DNA from: Basidiobolus meristosporus CBS 931.73
Lineage: Eukaryota > Fungi > Basidiobolomycota
Length of the DNA: 64,000 nt
Assembly: GCA_002104905.1 (NCBI GenBank)
Contig: MCFE01000261.1
Coordinates: 1-64,000, forward strand
Direction of reading: 5' to 3'
In this document: piece after piece, positions 41,775-54,819 of the stretch
Layout of the letters: each line of letters begins with the position of its first letter
Numbering within the stretch: position 1 is the stretch's first letter
Notes under the pieces: generated by a model
What the model was told of the DNA's origin: nothing
Databases searched by the model: none
Seen by the model: the letters and a program-made list of their open reading frames with translations, nothing else
Made by a program: the position numbers and the translations under genes

Positions 41775-42508
41775 TATGGGATCAATTTATGAAGAGTAAG
41801 GAGGCGTTTGTGCGGGTAAGAGTGCATGGAAAAAATACATCGACGTATGGATGATTGGGGTTGTGCATGTTAGCAGTCGATTGAGTTACTTGTATGGGTA
41901 TTACAACGAGCTCGGAAGTTCAGTAATTGGGTGACGAAAGTCGTTGCAGCGGGGCTAGTGAGCACGGCGAAAGAAATTCGAGGGCACTTTAAGGATTGGT
42001 CTCTGCCGTCAATATTCGGGAATCTAATTGTACCCTTATAGCTGGAAATTGTTTATTATTGACTTCCTGTGTGGACTCTACAAGTGGTGCATATATTCGG
42101 TGGGATTCTATGCCAATCTTTCCCAAGGAAAATGCGGGTTACAATCGTTATCATTACGGGAACATGATGATTTTCCGCAGTGGCAGCATGTCGGCTTCAT
42201 TTCGTATGTCAGACAATCAGTAATTTGATAGTAACAAATACGCCATGCTTGGATTGGTAGTCGGAACGAGATGGTCAAGAAGAATAGGCTTTATACACAA
42301 TGCAGTCAGATAGATGGGGATTATTTACGCATTTACTAGAATTCAGTGTATTCGAATACATGGGCGATCTCATGAATCGTTGGACTGGGGTCGGATCAAT
42401 TGAGACGCATCTCACTACCACCCGAAAATCCCGTGTCCCTAAGCAATCTGAACATGGTCAGCAATTCCGAATTTGTATTTACAAGACGACAGTTGCCTGG
42501 TGCGAATC

Positions 42509-43174
42509 TTAATTTGTCCCGGCGTTGATATCCTTTCTAAATGACTCTATCAGTGTGACCGGCAACTTGGCATATTTGGGAAAGCCTGGGTAATCGCCCT
42601 CGGGGAAGAGAACTCCCTTGACCAGTGTGGGGTGTTCACCTGCTCGGAAGTATGTCTGTGCGGTCTTGAAGACTTTCTCGTTCTCAAGCTTGTTTTGGAT
42701 ATTGGTCAGTGTACCGGCGGCTAGCCAAATGCGTCTACGGAATTCCTCGCTGGGAAGGCAATGCTCTGGAAAATCATGAAGGTATTCCTCCTCCATTGCC
42801 AGAAAGTTAGGGGTGTGAAGGGTTGTTCCGTATTTCTCCGACTGGGTCAAAGGGAGCGCCATGGCGAATAGGCTCAGTTTCGGGTCCTTTGGACAACCAG
42901 ATGTGCTGTCTACCAAATCCGCCGCTTCCTCCGGGGATACCTCCTCACTATGGATATACATCTTACCCGTCCACACAGCTGAGTTCATGGCACCGGAAGC
43001 AACCTCCTGGGATGGCATGACAATATCGGAGGCGAGGTTTATCGCATCTTTATGATCGATGTAAAAAGCGTAGATCAGTGTGAATAGGACAATGACGGGC
43101 GCGACTGAGTATACAATGTTAACGAGGCTGTTGCCGTTGGAGCGATGGTGAGTGTTTCTAGCCGTAGTGGACAT
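42509..43174 (-). CDS. Hypothetical single-pass membrane protein
   Basis: Uninterrupted ~221-codon frame from ATG 43174; hydrophobic IVYSVAPVIVLFTLIYAFYI followed by a globular-looking domain; no family recognised. Confidence 0.65.
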   Translation of the reverse strand: MSTTARNTHHRSNGNSLVNIVYSVAPVIVLFTLIYAFYIDHKDAINLASDIVMPSQEVASGAMNSAVWTGKMYIHSEEVSPEEAADLVDSTSGCPKDPKLSLFAMALPLTQSEKYGTTLHTPNFLAMEEEYLHDFPEHCLPSEEFRRRIWLAAGTLTNIQNKLENEKVFKTAQTYFRAGEHPTLVKGVLFPEGDYPGFPKYAKLPVTLIESFRKDINAGTN

Positions 43175-44182
43175 GGTTTGGACGATTAGGTTGGAGGAAC
43201 AATTGCTGGGGATATTGAAGGCCGCTGAGCAATTTATATTGCGAAAAAGACACACGTCACGCCGAAGTCGAGTTGATTGGTAAGATGATAGAGTGATCTA
43301 GCTAAGCCATTTATACGCTCTGCTGGATTTCTAGATGATATTGAGTGAATCACTTGAGGTCTATAGAGTCAAGTGCTGTAATATGTACGTGATTTTTCGT
43401 ACACACAGCAAACATGCAGTCCGTCAACATATGCTTGCAAAGGGTGGTGACGTATCATGGAGCACGACTAGCAACGTAAGAATCCCCTGGATGAATCGGA
43501 TCTGGCAGGCTGTATCCTATTAGATCTCCGCATTTGGGAAACCATATGCTGAGAATTGTATGATTCAGGCCGAATATAAAAGGGAACATGAATATTCAAT
43601 CCCATTTCATTGAAAGATCAATACCCATTGACGTATTTGTCCATTTAGACATTTCGGTATTCTCCTGATTACTTGTACCAGTGCATAGCAAGGAGGCGAT
43701 TCGTATGGTGTAGCGTCATGCCACAATCACTGATCACGACTTGTCATCAGATTAGCGGGTGAGGCTGATGGCCTTATGCTTGCAAGCACACATTAGCCCC
43801 GGTTCCCTTGTAGGGCAGAATAGTCGGGGGCTAGTTCGCCATGTAGCCCGGTCTACAATAGATGATATGTCCTTTTTCAGGGCCGATATGGCAAGCGCGG
43901 AATGTCTAAAAATCGACTTCTCTGATGTATTTCGGACTCCGACTGATACGGATCACCCTAGTGGAAAGCAACGCCAGCGTAGAATCCCCAAGATCAACCT
44001 CCGCCATACCCATTTGCCCCATTGCTCCATATCTGGCGTCGGTTGCCAGCCTTAAAAGTACTCTGGCCATCAAGCTTAATTCCAATTTATTTATTTCATA
44101 CACATTCCAACGTTTCTATCATAAAGTATATATTCTTGGTTACATATCGATATACTGGTATCATGAGATAGCTCAGGCCTGT

Positions 44183-44696
44183 CTATGCTTGCGATATGCC
44201 TATTACTCTCCTACACTCGGAACACCTATGCACCTTGTCCAAACAGGCGCGCGTGACGAATGGCAACCAGAAGCAAGGCCAACAGATAAAGCATAGCAAG
44301 ACCGACCAGCAGGTCGCTTCCAAGGCTACAAATACATGTGGTTACCGGCCGCACAAGTGGTTTAAGCGGTATCTCAAGTCACTTACATGGAATATAGTCC
44401 ACCTCCGAATTCACGACTTTCTGACAGTATGGACAGTAAATCTGAATTGGTGAATCGATTGGGATAACAATGACATCATGCTCACAAGGTCTATGCTGTG
44501 CATGAATATTGGGCATGATATATCTTCGATATGGGTTGTCCTCCGTCGCCTGGTAAGTGGGTGGCTCACCCTCAGCAGTGCCTTCATTCCTAGCTTGTTC
44601 GGTAGGAATAGCGTCCGGTACACTGGGCTCGGGCATTGCTGTGTCTGGTTTGGGGGTGGGTTGAGCGGGCTCTGCAGGAAGTTTGTTATCTGACAT
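44183..44696 (-). CDS. LITAF/CDIP1-like zinc-ribbon membrane protein
   Basis: Pro-rich N-terminus with PPTY; CPYC; hydrophobic CWSVLLCFICWPCFWLPF; HRCSEC in exon 2. Confidence 0.9.
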
Positions 44697-46429
44697 GGTG
44701 TTGTATTCAAGAAAAACTGTAATGACGATTGGATTAAGCACCAGATAGCCCTATTTATATGTCGAGTTCATAGTGGAAGGCCTGGGTTTACGCTTAACAC
44801 ACAAATGCAAGTGAATGCAAATATCCGGTAATTTCTTAATCCCTTCAGACCTAGATCCTATAGGTCCTTTGTAGTCATTACCATACTGATCTGTTCCAAG
44901 TGTCGGATAACCGTGGATTTTTCCCAGCTGTCCTCAAGTAGATTTATCCAGATGCAGCACCAAGCCGATTCTAATGAATTCATTAGTAGAAAAATTCCTC
45001 TGCCTTGGAGCTTGCCTTTGGGCTGAGAATTGGGATATCTGTGGATTGATGCTTCTTCCTCCATGCTTATATTAATGCACCGCAATCAAAGCCACAAATG
45101 CATCGTAGCATAAAAATCCTTTGTTAACGTACTCACTTGTGGATTAATTATGTCCACTAAAAAGGCCGGGCTGGGGTATTTAGTAAACTTTATCTCTCGA
45201 ACACCAGCCGATAGCTCAGGTGACCTTGAAGCCTCTTCACCTCAACAGGTCTACCTTGTACAATAAATCCATTAGCTGCTGGTAACAGATAATCGCTAAA
45301 ACCTCTATGAATCCAGCAGATTCTATTGAGCAAAGGTAACCAATGGTGCATCAACATTACACTAGTCGATTGTAAGCGTGTATTGATTTCCGAGTAACTA
45401 AGAACCAGGAGGCTCTCTGATCGCATTTACTGTATGGCAATCTCGGCCATATTTTTTATTACACCCTGCACATCATGTAGCGACCTTCATAATGCATACT
45501 TTGTGATACGAATCCACTCCCTACTATAGTTTGTTGAATCATCGCTTGCATTAGAAATAGAACTCGCATTCTGCATGTTTGATTCCCTCGATCATGCCCT
45601 TCCTGGATATCGGGAATGTAGGTATTGTGGGCGCTACGGGCTCAGTTGGGGCTATTATCCCTACTGGAATGTGCTCTTATAAAGATGTGCGCAGGTGGCT
45701 TCGGAGCCCTTTGTCAAGGCTTCGTTATTCTCTCCCCAACATGATAGAGAATGATGATGGCTTTGAAGTGACTTGAAGCAGAAGCCCATTGGCCGTATGG
45801 CGTTGTCAATAGAACGTGTGATCTCGAGATCAATTTAATTGAATTAGATGTTTCTGGTTCTGATTCTAGAGGCAGCAGAATGAATTACGCTCACATGCTT
45901 ATATGGCTCAATCTAATCGGCAGTTTTCTTGTACAAGTCCTGCACACGAAAATATAGTTAGAAATATTGAAATCTATTTGAGCCAATCCAAACTACTATC
46001 AATATATTCCATAACATATGCGTAACCTGTCCGCTGAAGTGAGCTTGCATGTGAAGTTCAAAAGTGTTTTGGCTACAAGTGTGATGGCTATTCGACAATG
46101 CCTTATGCGTCTACATATAGGAATACTGCAGCTGCTCAGTGGCTAGATTGTAGGATTGTTGATGTCCCTCGATTGTTGAGCATAAATTTGATAGTTTACC
46201 GTCAATGGCTTTAAGAAGGTTTGAGATCATCATGGCAGATACTGGTTAATGCTCAGAAACCCCCGTGAGGGATCTTTTTTGAGCAATGGGAGCGCCTGAG
46301 TTTGAGAAAAGTAGAACTAGCAACAGTTTTTATGCATACCATTTTGTCCTTCCAAATTTCTGTGGTTTCCCCACATAGCTATGACAGAAATCTTGCATGA
46401 AAATGGTACGAGCAGAATCGGGAGAGTAA

Positions 46430-47110
46430 CCAGATTCCAAATCTTACCAAGATGATGGTAGCACCCTCTCTAAGAAAAAAAATTAAGAAAAGGCCAGCAG
46501 AATACCATCATAATGTCAGCTGAATTCCAACTTTCCTAAAAGTGACAACCCTCAATATCTCAGGTACTAGCTTCGTAGCAGACAAGCAGACATCCTTTCC
46601 AGGGGGAGACTAGGCCAACTAGCATTCATACCAAATTTGGTAATCAGCTGCTCATTACTTCCACCAAAAATTGCAACTGAAAATTTGGAAGCAGAAACAC
46701 CAGCAGAACACCAGCTAAAAATCCAATGAATTCCAACTTTGAGATCTTTCATAGGGACTGTTGGGCTCCTGATGTTAAACAAACACGTCATTATAGCATA
46801 GTATGCCATGCATCCATGTGGAATTGCAGAGGTTACAAGCAAGTCCATATATGCCAATATTGGAGCAGGTTCAAAGCAAGGAAATGGAAAAAACAAGAAA
46901 TCCTGGTTTTATTGGCCTACTTCATCTCATGCCAAACATGTGTTTTTAGAAGACTATATACATTGTTATCTAATCTCACGGCTGAGCCCTATGCCTCGAA
47001 GGGCATTCCCCAACTCAATCAAGCAAATGAACACATATAATGTATATTCTAACATATAGTATCACTACATCCTTTGATACACTATGAGGTGAATGGCACA
47101 ATCAAGGATT
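46430..47110. mobile_element. Small CpG-poor probable transposon relic
   Basis: About 4 CG in ~680 bp, a protein-like plus frame with TAG/TGA interruptions, and TG/CA-rich texture like the 51-63 kb island. Confidence 0.35.
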
Positions 47111-48510
47111 TGAATCCAAGTCTTAACACGACAAAAGTTAACCTGTGAAATTAGCACCGAGTATGAGATTTCAATAGCCCTTGAATTTTGCCTACGATAT
47201 GAGTCTCCCTACATAGGTGACGGAGTTTTGAATTGTGCATCTACTCCACTACCAGCATCAAGCGCAGGGCGTTCAAATGGGGGATGATCGTAGTGTAACC
47301 TAGGCTACACGGAGCTCTCGCAGACCAATTCAATATTAGTGCTTAAATAGTGTTTCCACTGATCACTGTTAGATGAGATATTGCCCGTTCAATGTAAGCA
47401 ATACTCTTCAGCTGAATACCCAATTGTAATTACTTGGGTATACTCCTGAAGCAGGGGTTTAGCTTAAATGGCATCTATTTATTAGTGTAGTAAAGTTTGT
47501 TTCGCTCCGCTATATTATGGTTTGGTGTGGAAGTATTTGTAGGATGTTGTTAGGTTCCAAATTTCTCGGAATGTGGGTTTCTGTACTTGTAAATATGCAA
47601 ATGTTGGTATGAGCTGATGTAAATTGCTGGTTTTTGTTGGAAGCTGGTATCTGGTAGAGATTCGGAGCAAGGGATTTGTCAAAATCCATTTTCGGTCAAG
47701 TTGGCGGAAAAAATCAAGTCCAAGTTCCAAACTTGGCGGATTCTTTAAGACATCACATTCCCATTGGTCCTTCACTCCCAGCCAATACCAGTGAGGAGGC
47801 TTCAGTCCACTATATTAATTATTAAATGGAGGCGAGCCACAATCTTGGTAGATTCAACGAGGATTGACGCCTTAGCTTAGTGTGTGCGTGTATCCAGATC
47901 GAATACCGCACTCTGCCTTGGGTTTCTGTGTGTCAACCGAACATGTATATCATAGCATCTTTCTCTACTAAGAGTCAACCCACTCCTTGCCCGCCATGGT
48001 GCTTATTTTATTCAACACTTGCGCAACCGCCTAGTCTCTACATGAGGTATCGGGCTGACAGTCGATGCCAAATTCGTTGAGCATAGTCAGAATCAAACAG
48101 GTGATCATTGAGGTGCAACTAATCTCTCTGATAGAGAGGGATCTGCAGACCAATCAACACATCGGATTCTTAAACAATGGATCCTAAGCTTTTCCCATAT
48201 CAGGGTCTCTTCCGTTTTTGAGGCAACACTGGCTATCCAAAAGAGGCATGGAAAGAAACGATGACTATGGCACAGTATTGACCATGTGTCCCAATCATTC
48301 GGTCACATCTTGGGAAATCTACAGAACCATTAAATGCTCGACCTTTAGGAGCTCAGACATTATGTTGGGAAGCTGGCAAAATCCGTGATTTTTTACTCCT
48401 AGTATCTTGAATAGGATACATTTAATTTATCTGAATTCCTATGTGGGTGGGGGAATTGAGAAATCCTATCTATGCCAGGAGCTTTGTACTATTCGAAAAA
48501 GTGTAGCAGA

Positions 48511-49274
48511 ATGCCATATCCAGAAGAGTTACATCAACAACAGGAGGAAATCAAACGCCTTTCCCGTCTTATCGTCTCTCACTATGCGAGGCTCCACCAA
48601 CTATATAAAAGGAGTGCTACCCATTCAGTATCCACAAAACCAACAACAGCAATAGGCTCTTGCTTATACGATCATCTCAGTTAGAGAACACTCCGATGTT
48701 TGTAACAACAAAGAACGCGCAGTTGTGCATGGGAATGCATCCTTCTTGGTGCGCTCCGCAATCTCAGGTTCCGTTGAAGAGCTGGGCGGTAATCCAGGAC
48801 AACCCTACTTTACGAGAAAGCCACATCCGCGTCTCGGAGACCCACGCAATCCCCCGGGTGTATGTCACCAAAAACCTACGTCAAATGGCCTCGATTCTAT
48901 TCAACAATCCCTTCTCCACCCAAACCCATTTGCACGTAGTCGACAGAAACGGAAAATCGGCAGAGTTTTGGGTCCATGATTTCTATTTCACTCAGGATAG
49001 CCGGGTGCTATGGGATTTACTGCGCAAGCCAACATCACCTCCTATCCAGCTTTCAAGTGGTCAGAACACCGCTGAGGTCAACCATGTCCACCTTAATGTT
49101 TCCTGCGTGGACTCGTTCGCACAGCTGCTTCGGTGGATCTATACGCGCGATGACGATGCATGGCTTCGGTCCTTAAACGAGGAGAACTTCGAGGCAGCTA
49201 TGGATTGCGTGGCCCTGCTAAGACTCAGTCAAGAGGCCTATTACGTACTGGCCCGTTTCTACGAGGCCATGTAG
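48511..49274 (+). CDS. BTB/POZ-like domain protein
   Basis: Intron 48628-48680 (GTATCC...CTCAG) joins ORFs 48472 and 48660 in frame (ATHS|LENTP); FNNPFST..EFWVH..DSRVLWDLL..SFAQLLRWIYT is BTB-like. Confidence 0.65.
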
Positions 49275-50899
49275 CAATTTGTTATTCGCTTATCTGGATA
49301 TTGCGAGAAGACAAAGAGTCCGATATCAGTTATATTGTAGTGATATGTAAATAAACATTCGTCAGTTAATTTCGCATGCACTTGCATCGGAGGAACATCG
49401 GCCATTTATCAAGTTTGTTGCTCTGGCCCTAGAAGCTGTAACACAAGTGTGACAATTTCCTCTCCGATAAAATCGCCATATACTAGCTCACATGGATTGA
49501 ATTGACTATCCCTCTTTTTGGTTGGGTGATACCGGATGTAGATAATGAACAAGGGTATTAGAGTAGATAATCATACAAAAAGAGCGAGAGATCAGGCAGT
49601 CACACATCTACCGAAGCTGTATGGAGTAACAGCCTTGACTTATGTGCAACTGCGGGTGAGTGTCCATTAGGCTGGCGCTGACTCACTCTTAACCGCTGAT
49701 ATCCAGTTCCCACTTGACTAATTTAGGGAACCAGGTAAATAATCAGGGGAATTGTTTGCTTTATGGAAAGTGTGAGATGGTATAAGGATCTGGATGTAGA
49801 ACCAGCGATAGCACCAGCGGCCAAGAATATACTTCTCTGAGTTGACTCATTGGTTTTGGTCGTATTGATCTTCTGGATATCCAAATATGCAGTAGAAGCT
49901 GTTGTAATGGTGAGTAGAGGGTATGACAAGAAAGGCCTAGCCTCTAGCCAAGTCTGTATCGATTTCGAAGTTCAAGGAACGATTGCCCAATGATTTTAAA
50001 CCTTCCAAGAATGGCAAGTTCGCTGAAAACCAAATTCCGCAACACTGCTGCCAGAGAGATCCCTAATATCCACAATTACCATGGGGTAGCAGGGTTTCCT
50101 CTTCGTCTTTGACGAGTTTTACCTAACGTGTTCCTAATCCTACCTAATGCAATCTTCATCAGGAATCTAAAGGAATCTGTGGTCTATAGAGTAAATATGG
50201 CAATAATGAGCAACCACCAGCGATGGTGTTCGGCTATATTTTCACCATTCAACCTCATCATGGAAAAAGAGTATTTCCATGACTGTGATGATACTTTAAG
50301 ATGATGTCTGAGCTTCTGGTATAGCCACTTGGCTGATGAAATTTACATGTACTTCGATCAAGTCGTAGATTCTTGTTGCTTCCACTGGCTGTTTAGAGTT
50401 CTGAAAGAGTTCTCTTGTATTTACTACCTCTATCATGTACTATTGAATACCGTGTAAGTGCCTTGAAGTGCATAGTGATGCCCCAAGAATAAGTTAGACC
50501 GCATATATCGATTCTCACAAATCGTGGTTTTAGCCTTTACAATGGTAGCCGATCAATACGTGTCAGAGTAAGCTACTTATAAATATACATTATATATTAT
50601 GATGGATTAGTGGAGTTCTAATTTGTCTCAGATGTATATATATCCTAAATCCTGAATATTTTGATCGAGGCCTGGAATTTGGATTTCATTGTGTTGCAAA
50701 AAAAATCCGAAATTTCAAGGTTTTCTCCAAAATCGTCAATATGCTACAAAATCAAGGAAGGAGGGTGACTAAAACCATCAAATGCTTCCAAAGTACCAGA
50801 CCTATCTCCACTAAGCCTCTGGTCAGCAATACTTATTCCATATATTTGGTGGTACTCTACTAATCATGCAGGCACTTTCACTTGCACACATAGATGGTA

Positions 50900-51199
50900 A
50901 GATACCTCTCCTTGAGTTACCTTGGATTACATAAATATCTCTATCTGCTGATCCCTTTGTGTTTACACCCAAATATTCCACTAACCTAGATAATTAGCTG
51001 ATAGTCAATAAGCATTGCTACTTCTTTCTCAAATTCTTTATGAGCTAATGCTGGATGTTTCCTTTAATTCCACAGGATTACTCCTTTACAGTTTAGCAAA
51101 GTGCACCCTCCAATGGATATTCTGTCTTCTGAGATTGTACCCTACCTACATCAGAGTATCCACCAAGCTTCTGTTTCCAGTTTGTTTGAGTATACTTTA
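50900..51199 (-). mobile_element. Copia RNase H relic (oldest layer)
   Basis: KLGGYSDVG / EDRISIGGCTLLNCKGVILWN*RKHPALA resembles GYSDADW..DRKSTGGY..ISWKSKKQ. Confidence 0.6.
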
Positions 51200-51547
51200 T
51201 GCTGTAAGAGACTTAGTGATACTGGAAGTGAATGGTAGAATATGTAGATTATGTGGTTTTGACCAAATGATTGATTGAATGTGAGAATTGTACTTATAAA
51301 TTTACCAGGTTGTGGCAGTGCACATATGTAGAATATGCTTAGGAAGACCCCAAGAGCATGTGTGCAAAGCTTAGGGCTGTTCAAGCAGCTTTGAGATTTT
51401 TGCATGCCCTGGGTACTTGATATTTTTGCAAAGATATTGGATGCAAATATAATATGGAATTTGGCCAGAATTCTCATTGATTTGTAGACAACAGTCTAAG
51501 TGACTACATTTGGTCAGTATTTTGGTGTATCTACAGAGCCTATTATA
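51200..51547 (-). repeat. Decayed copia LTR (copy E)
   Basis: Aligns by eye with LTR 57057-57405 (tgctgtaagag.., gtagattatgtggtttt, gtgcaaag.ttagggctgtt); preceded on the minus strand by PPT-like GAGTAGGAG. Confidence 0.7.
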
Positions 51548-51861
51548 CTCCTACTCTGTCATATACTTGTATTTACCAGTCCTAATTGTAATCCACAACT
51601 TTCAAATTTGCCTCTAACTAATGATTTTATCCAGATGTCTCTAATCATATGATCCAAAGGACAATAAATGAGTGAGCCAAGTACCTCATTATAGCTTCTT
51701 ATATGAAATGATATCCAATGCCCATGTGCTTAGCTCTAGCAAGAAAAGTTGAATTTCTACCTGATTGTATACAACCTTGATTATCTTCATATTTTGTGGT
51801 AAAATCTTCCTGACTTTAGCCCAAATCATCACACAGGCTTCATAGCTATATGGCTTCCTTT

Positions 51862-52209
51862 TGTTGCAATATTCTGAGGAGTATTGGAAGTGATGTGGAG
51901 AACTAGAGGATTTACATGTTATTCACTTGTAGATTTATTGAGCAAAAGTATGGTATTTATACTTTTGATAGAGTAGAGAGAACAAATGTGCAGAGTTTGT
52001 TAAGGAAGGTCCCAAGAGTATATGTGCAAGTTTGGGGTCTTTTGGACAACTTTGAGAAAAATAATAATCTGGGTACCTGACAATTTGGTGAAAGTATTCT
52101 AAGTAAATCCCAACAAGAAGTCTGGTCAGGAAAGAATGCTAGTCACAGTATAAGATCTATGTGACTAAGTTAGCATGAATATTTAGGTGACAACTCAATA
52201 ATTACAACA
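51862..52209 (-). repeat. 3' LTR (copy A, 348 bp)
   Basis: TG..CA termini; adjacent purine tract at 52210-52218 on the minus strand. Confidence 0.92.
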
Positions 52210-54807
52210 CTCCCACTCAACAAAATATTCATAAGTAATAAATACATATTGAGAGTGTGCAATCTGTAATAAGTGTATAAGGCTTGACTGTGTTGCATAC
52301 TAGACTAATATATTATCCAACAATATATGCATCTGTGTACAACTTAATTTAACAAGTAACTTGGAATTCAATGTGCATATCTACTTGGTAGTGTGCCTAA
52401 AAAATTGGAATGATCTGATCATAATACTAATCATCAACTTTGATCAGTTGTACAGACTTGAATAATAAGCTGAGTCTAATTGAAAGATTGTAATAATAAT
52501 ATATAGCCTCTGGGCTATCTAATGCCTCTTATTTGAGCAAAATTGACCCACTTTTGGTCAAGTTAAGGTTTTGTCATTTACAACAGATTTGGAGTTTCCT
52601 TATTTCCAGCCAACAGTCTAATCCATTTAGACAACTTCACTGTTTGTCCATATTAGGCTCAGGGACAGTTACTTCCATCATACAGATGCTATATAAGGTA
52701 AAAATAGTGACCTACTTTGGGTCAAGCTAAGGTTTTGTCATTTAAGCCTGATCCAGATTATCCTTGTTTCCTGGCACTGTGGCACATATGATATGGCCAA
52801 AAAAGAAGGTTTTTGCTCAACTCTGAGCTGGGATGGCCTGCTCCCACTTGAACCATGTCTGCTTAGCAATTCAGATCCACAAAAATGATCTAGAATGGTC
52901 ATCTTTGTCTTCTTTAAGTAGCAATAACTTTCTTAGGACTGATTACTTCATTTGCAGTAGATTCAATGTCCATTTGCTTCATGATTTACCCAGTTTGGTT
53001 TTGGACAACACCATAGGTTGTTTGGTGGCTATTCTTAGAGTGCTTCTACTGATTTGGATTGATACAGCTGCTTTTGTCTTATCAGAATATACTTGTAGTA
53101 TAGAGATTGGCACTTTTTCAGAAGTGAGAATCTCTTTAACAAGGGCTTTGATTATCCTTATTCTCCTGATAGTTATTCTCAGCCTTGAGGTCAGTTTAAA
53201 AGGCTAACTGATCTTCTCAGTGTCTGCAGAATCCATAAAAACCATCTTGGTGGATCCTTGCACCTTTTTCTTTCAGCTCCAAAGACAGCAGATATCAAGA
53301 CTTCTGCATTAAATAATCTGATCCAATATGCACTACAATATCTGACAGATCCTGTTGAAGTTTCAAGGCTCATGTGGGATTTATGGCTTGAGACCTTTGT
53401 ACAAGAGGCTCCATAGAGTATATCTGCATTGCCAGATAGTCCAAATATGGCCTACATAGGTTTTGGCTCTATTTGGGAAGTACCCTAGTATGCAGTAGTA
53501 TTATTTTCCATTTTTTCTTCTTTTCTTTTTCTGCTGATGACCCAGGCATAATCCCTTTTGTGGGGTAGTTCTGGACTTCCTTGCAGGTGGGACCCCGGTG
53601 TTTTTGAGCACAAGAGTCTCCATGACATCATTGTTCCAGAATATCTGACTATTTGAGAGTGAAATAATCAAAATTGGCATCCACTCAAAACAGTCATAAC
53701 TTTTGATAGAGTTGACCAAATTTGATCAAATAAACTGTATTTCATAGCTAGCTTCATCAATAACTTGGTAGCAAATTCTAATATATTAGTATCTTGAGTT
53801 GTGGAGCTTGGTGGTGATTTGATCAATCAAAATTCATCTGATCTGATCCAGAGTAGTTAAATATCACCCAGTGTTTTCTCCCACTATAATAAATGATATA
53901 TATATAACAAGTATAAAGTACTATATTATCTTCTGAGTGGCTCTTAGCTGTGTACTGACCAACTGTTGCTTGGTTGTATACTCCAATCAGGCTTGCAATT
54001 ATATGCTTCACTCCTTTGGCTGGTGGTAAAATCTTCTTGAGTTAATTGTGCTAAATTTGTATAATACATTCTCCCACTGTTTTGAGACTTAAACAGAGTG
54101 ATAGCACATCTAACAGCTCCATATTTAGCTCCTGGTACACTGGTTTCAGTATCAAAACACTTGATACAATTATAGCATTCTTCCAATGGATTGTGTAGTA
54201 CAAATCTGTACTCCAGGTGGATATATATGTATTATATATCATTGGGATCCTTACAACTCAGGGAGCTTGTTTCTGAAATATTTTTCCATCAGTAGATAGT
54301 CTGGAATGGCAGTTAAAAGCTCTGGTATTTGCACTCTCAGCTGTATTTTGAGAGGCAACAGATTTGGTAAAATCTTCCTCCTGCAATCATTCAATGATGA
54401 TCTATTCTTTTTTGCAATTCAGGTTAATATCCTATCCAAAAGCTTGTCTAACAGTCAATTGAGGTCATATGAATACATATAGCAATATATTTCATTGTAT
54501 ATCTGGACCCTCAATTGCTGGAATTACACTATTTTCTTCAGTAGTGGCACAGTGCCAACATACTATATTTCTTGACATATTTACATGACAACTTGATAGA
54601 CTCTCCTTCATAACCAGCTTGAGTAGTTACTGAATGAGTCTTTTGAAGGCATGGCCTTCTTCTCCACAGCAATATCCTCATGAACATAGTCCTTGTAGCT
54701 GTGGTAGTCATCTTAAACTTTGGCAGGGCAATAGTGCAGAAAGTCATTCTCCAGACTAGCAGAAAAGGATCCATGGCAAAGTAGACACCAAGAGGACAGC
54801 AAGCTTG

Positions 54808-54819
54808 GGGCTCATAACC
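54808..54819 (-). other. Primer-binding site complementary to the initiator tRNA-Met anticodon arm (Ty5/copia half-tRNA type)
   Basis: Minus-strand GGTTATGAGCCC directly abuts the LTR end CAACA; complementary to GGGCUCAUAACC. Confidence 0.85.

Noticed and set aside
43791-43832. Short hairpin TAGCCCCG...CGGGGCTA
   Set aside because: An 8-bp stem is expected by chance; no tRNA or ncRNA features
45579-45776. Rossmann-like VGIVGATGSVG short ORF
   Set aside because: No continuation of a dehydrogenase fold; likely coincidental antisense of a decayed tract
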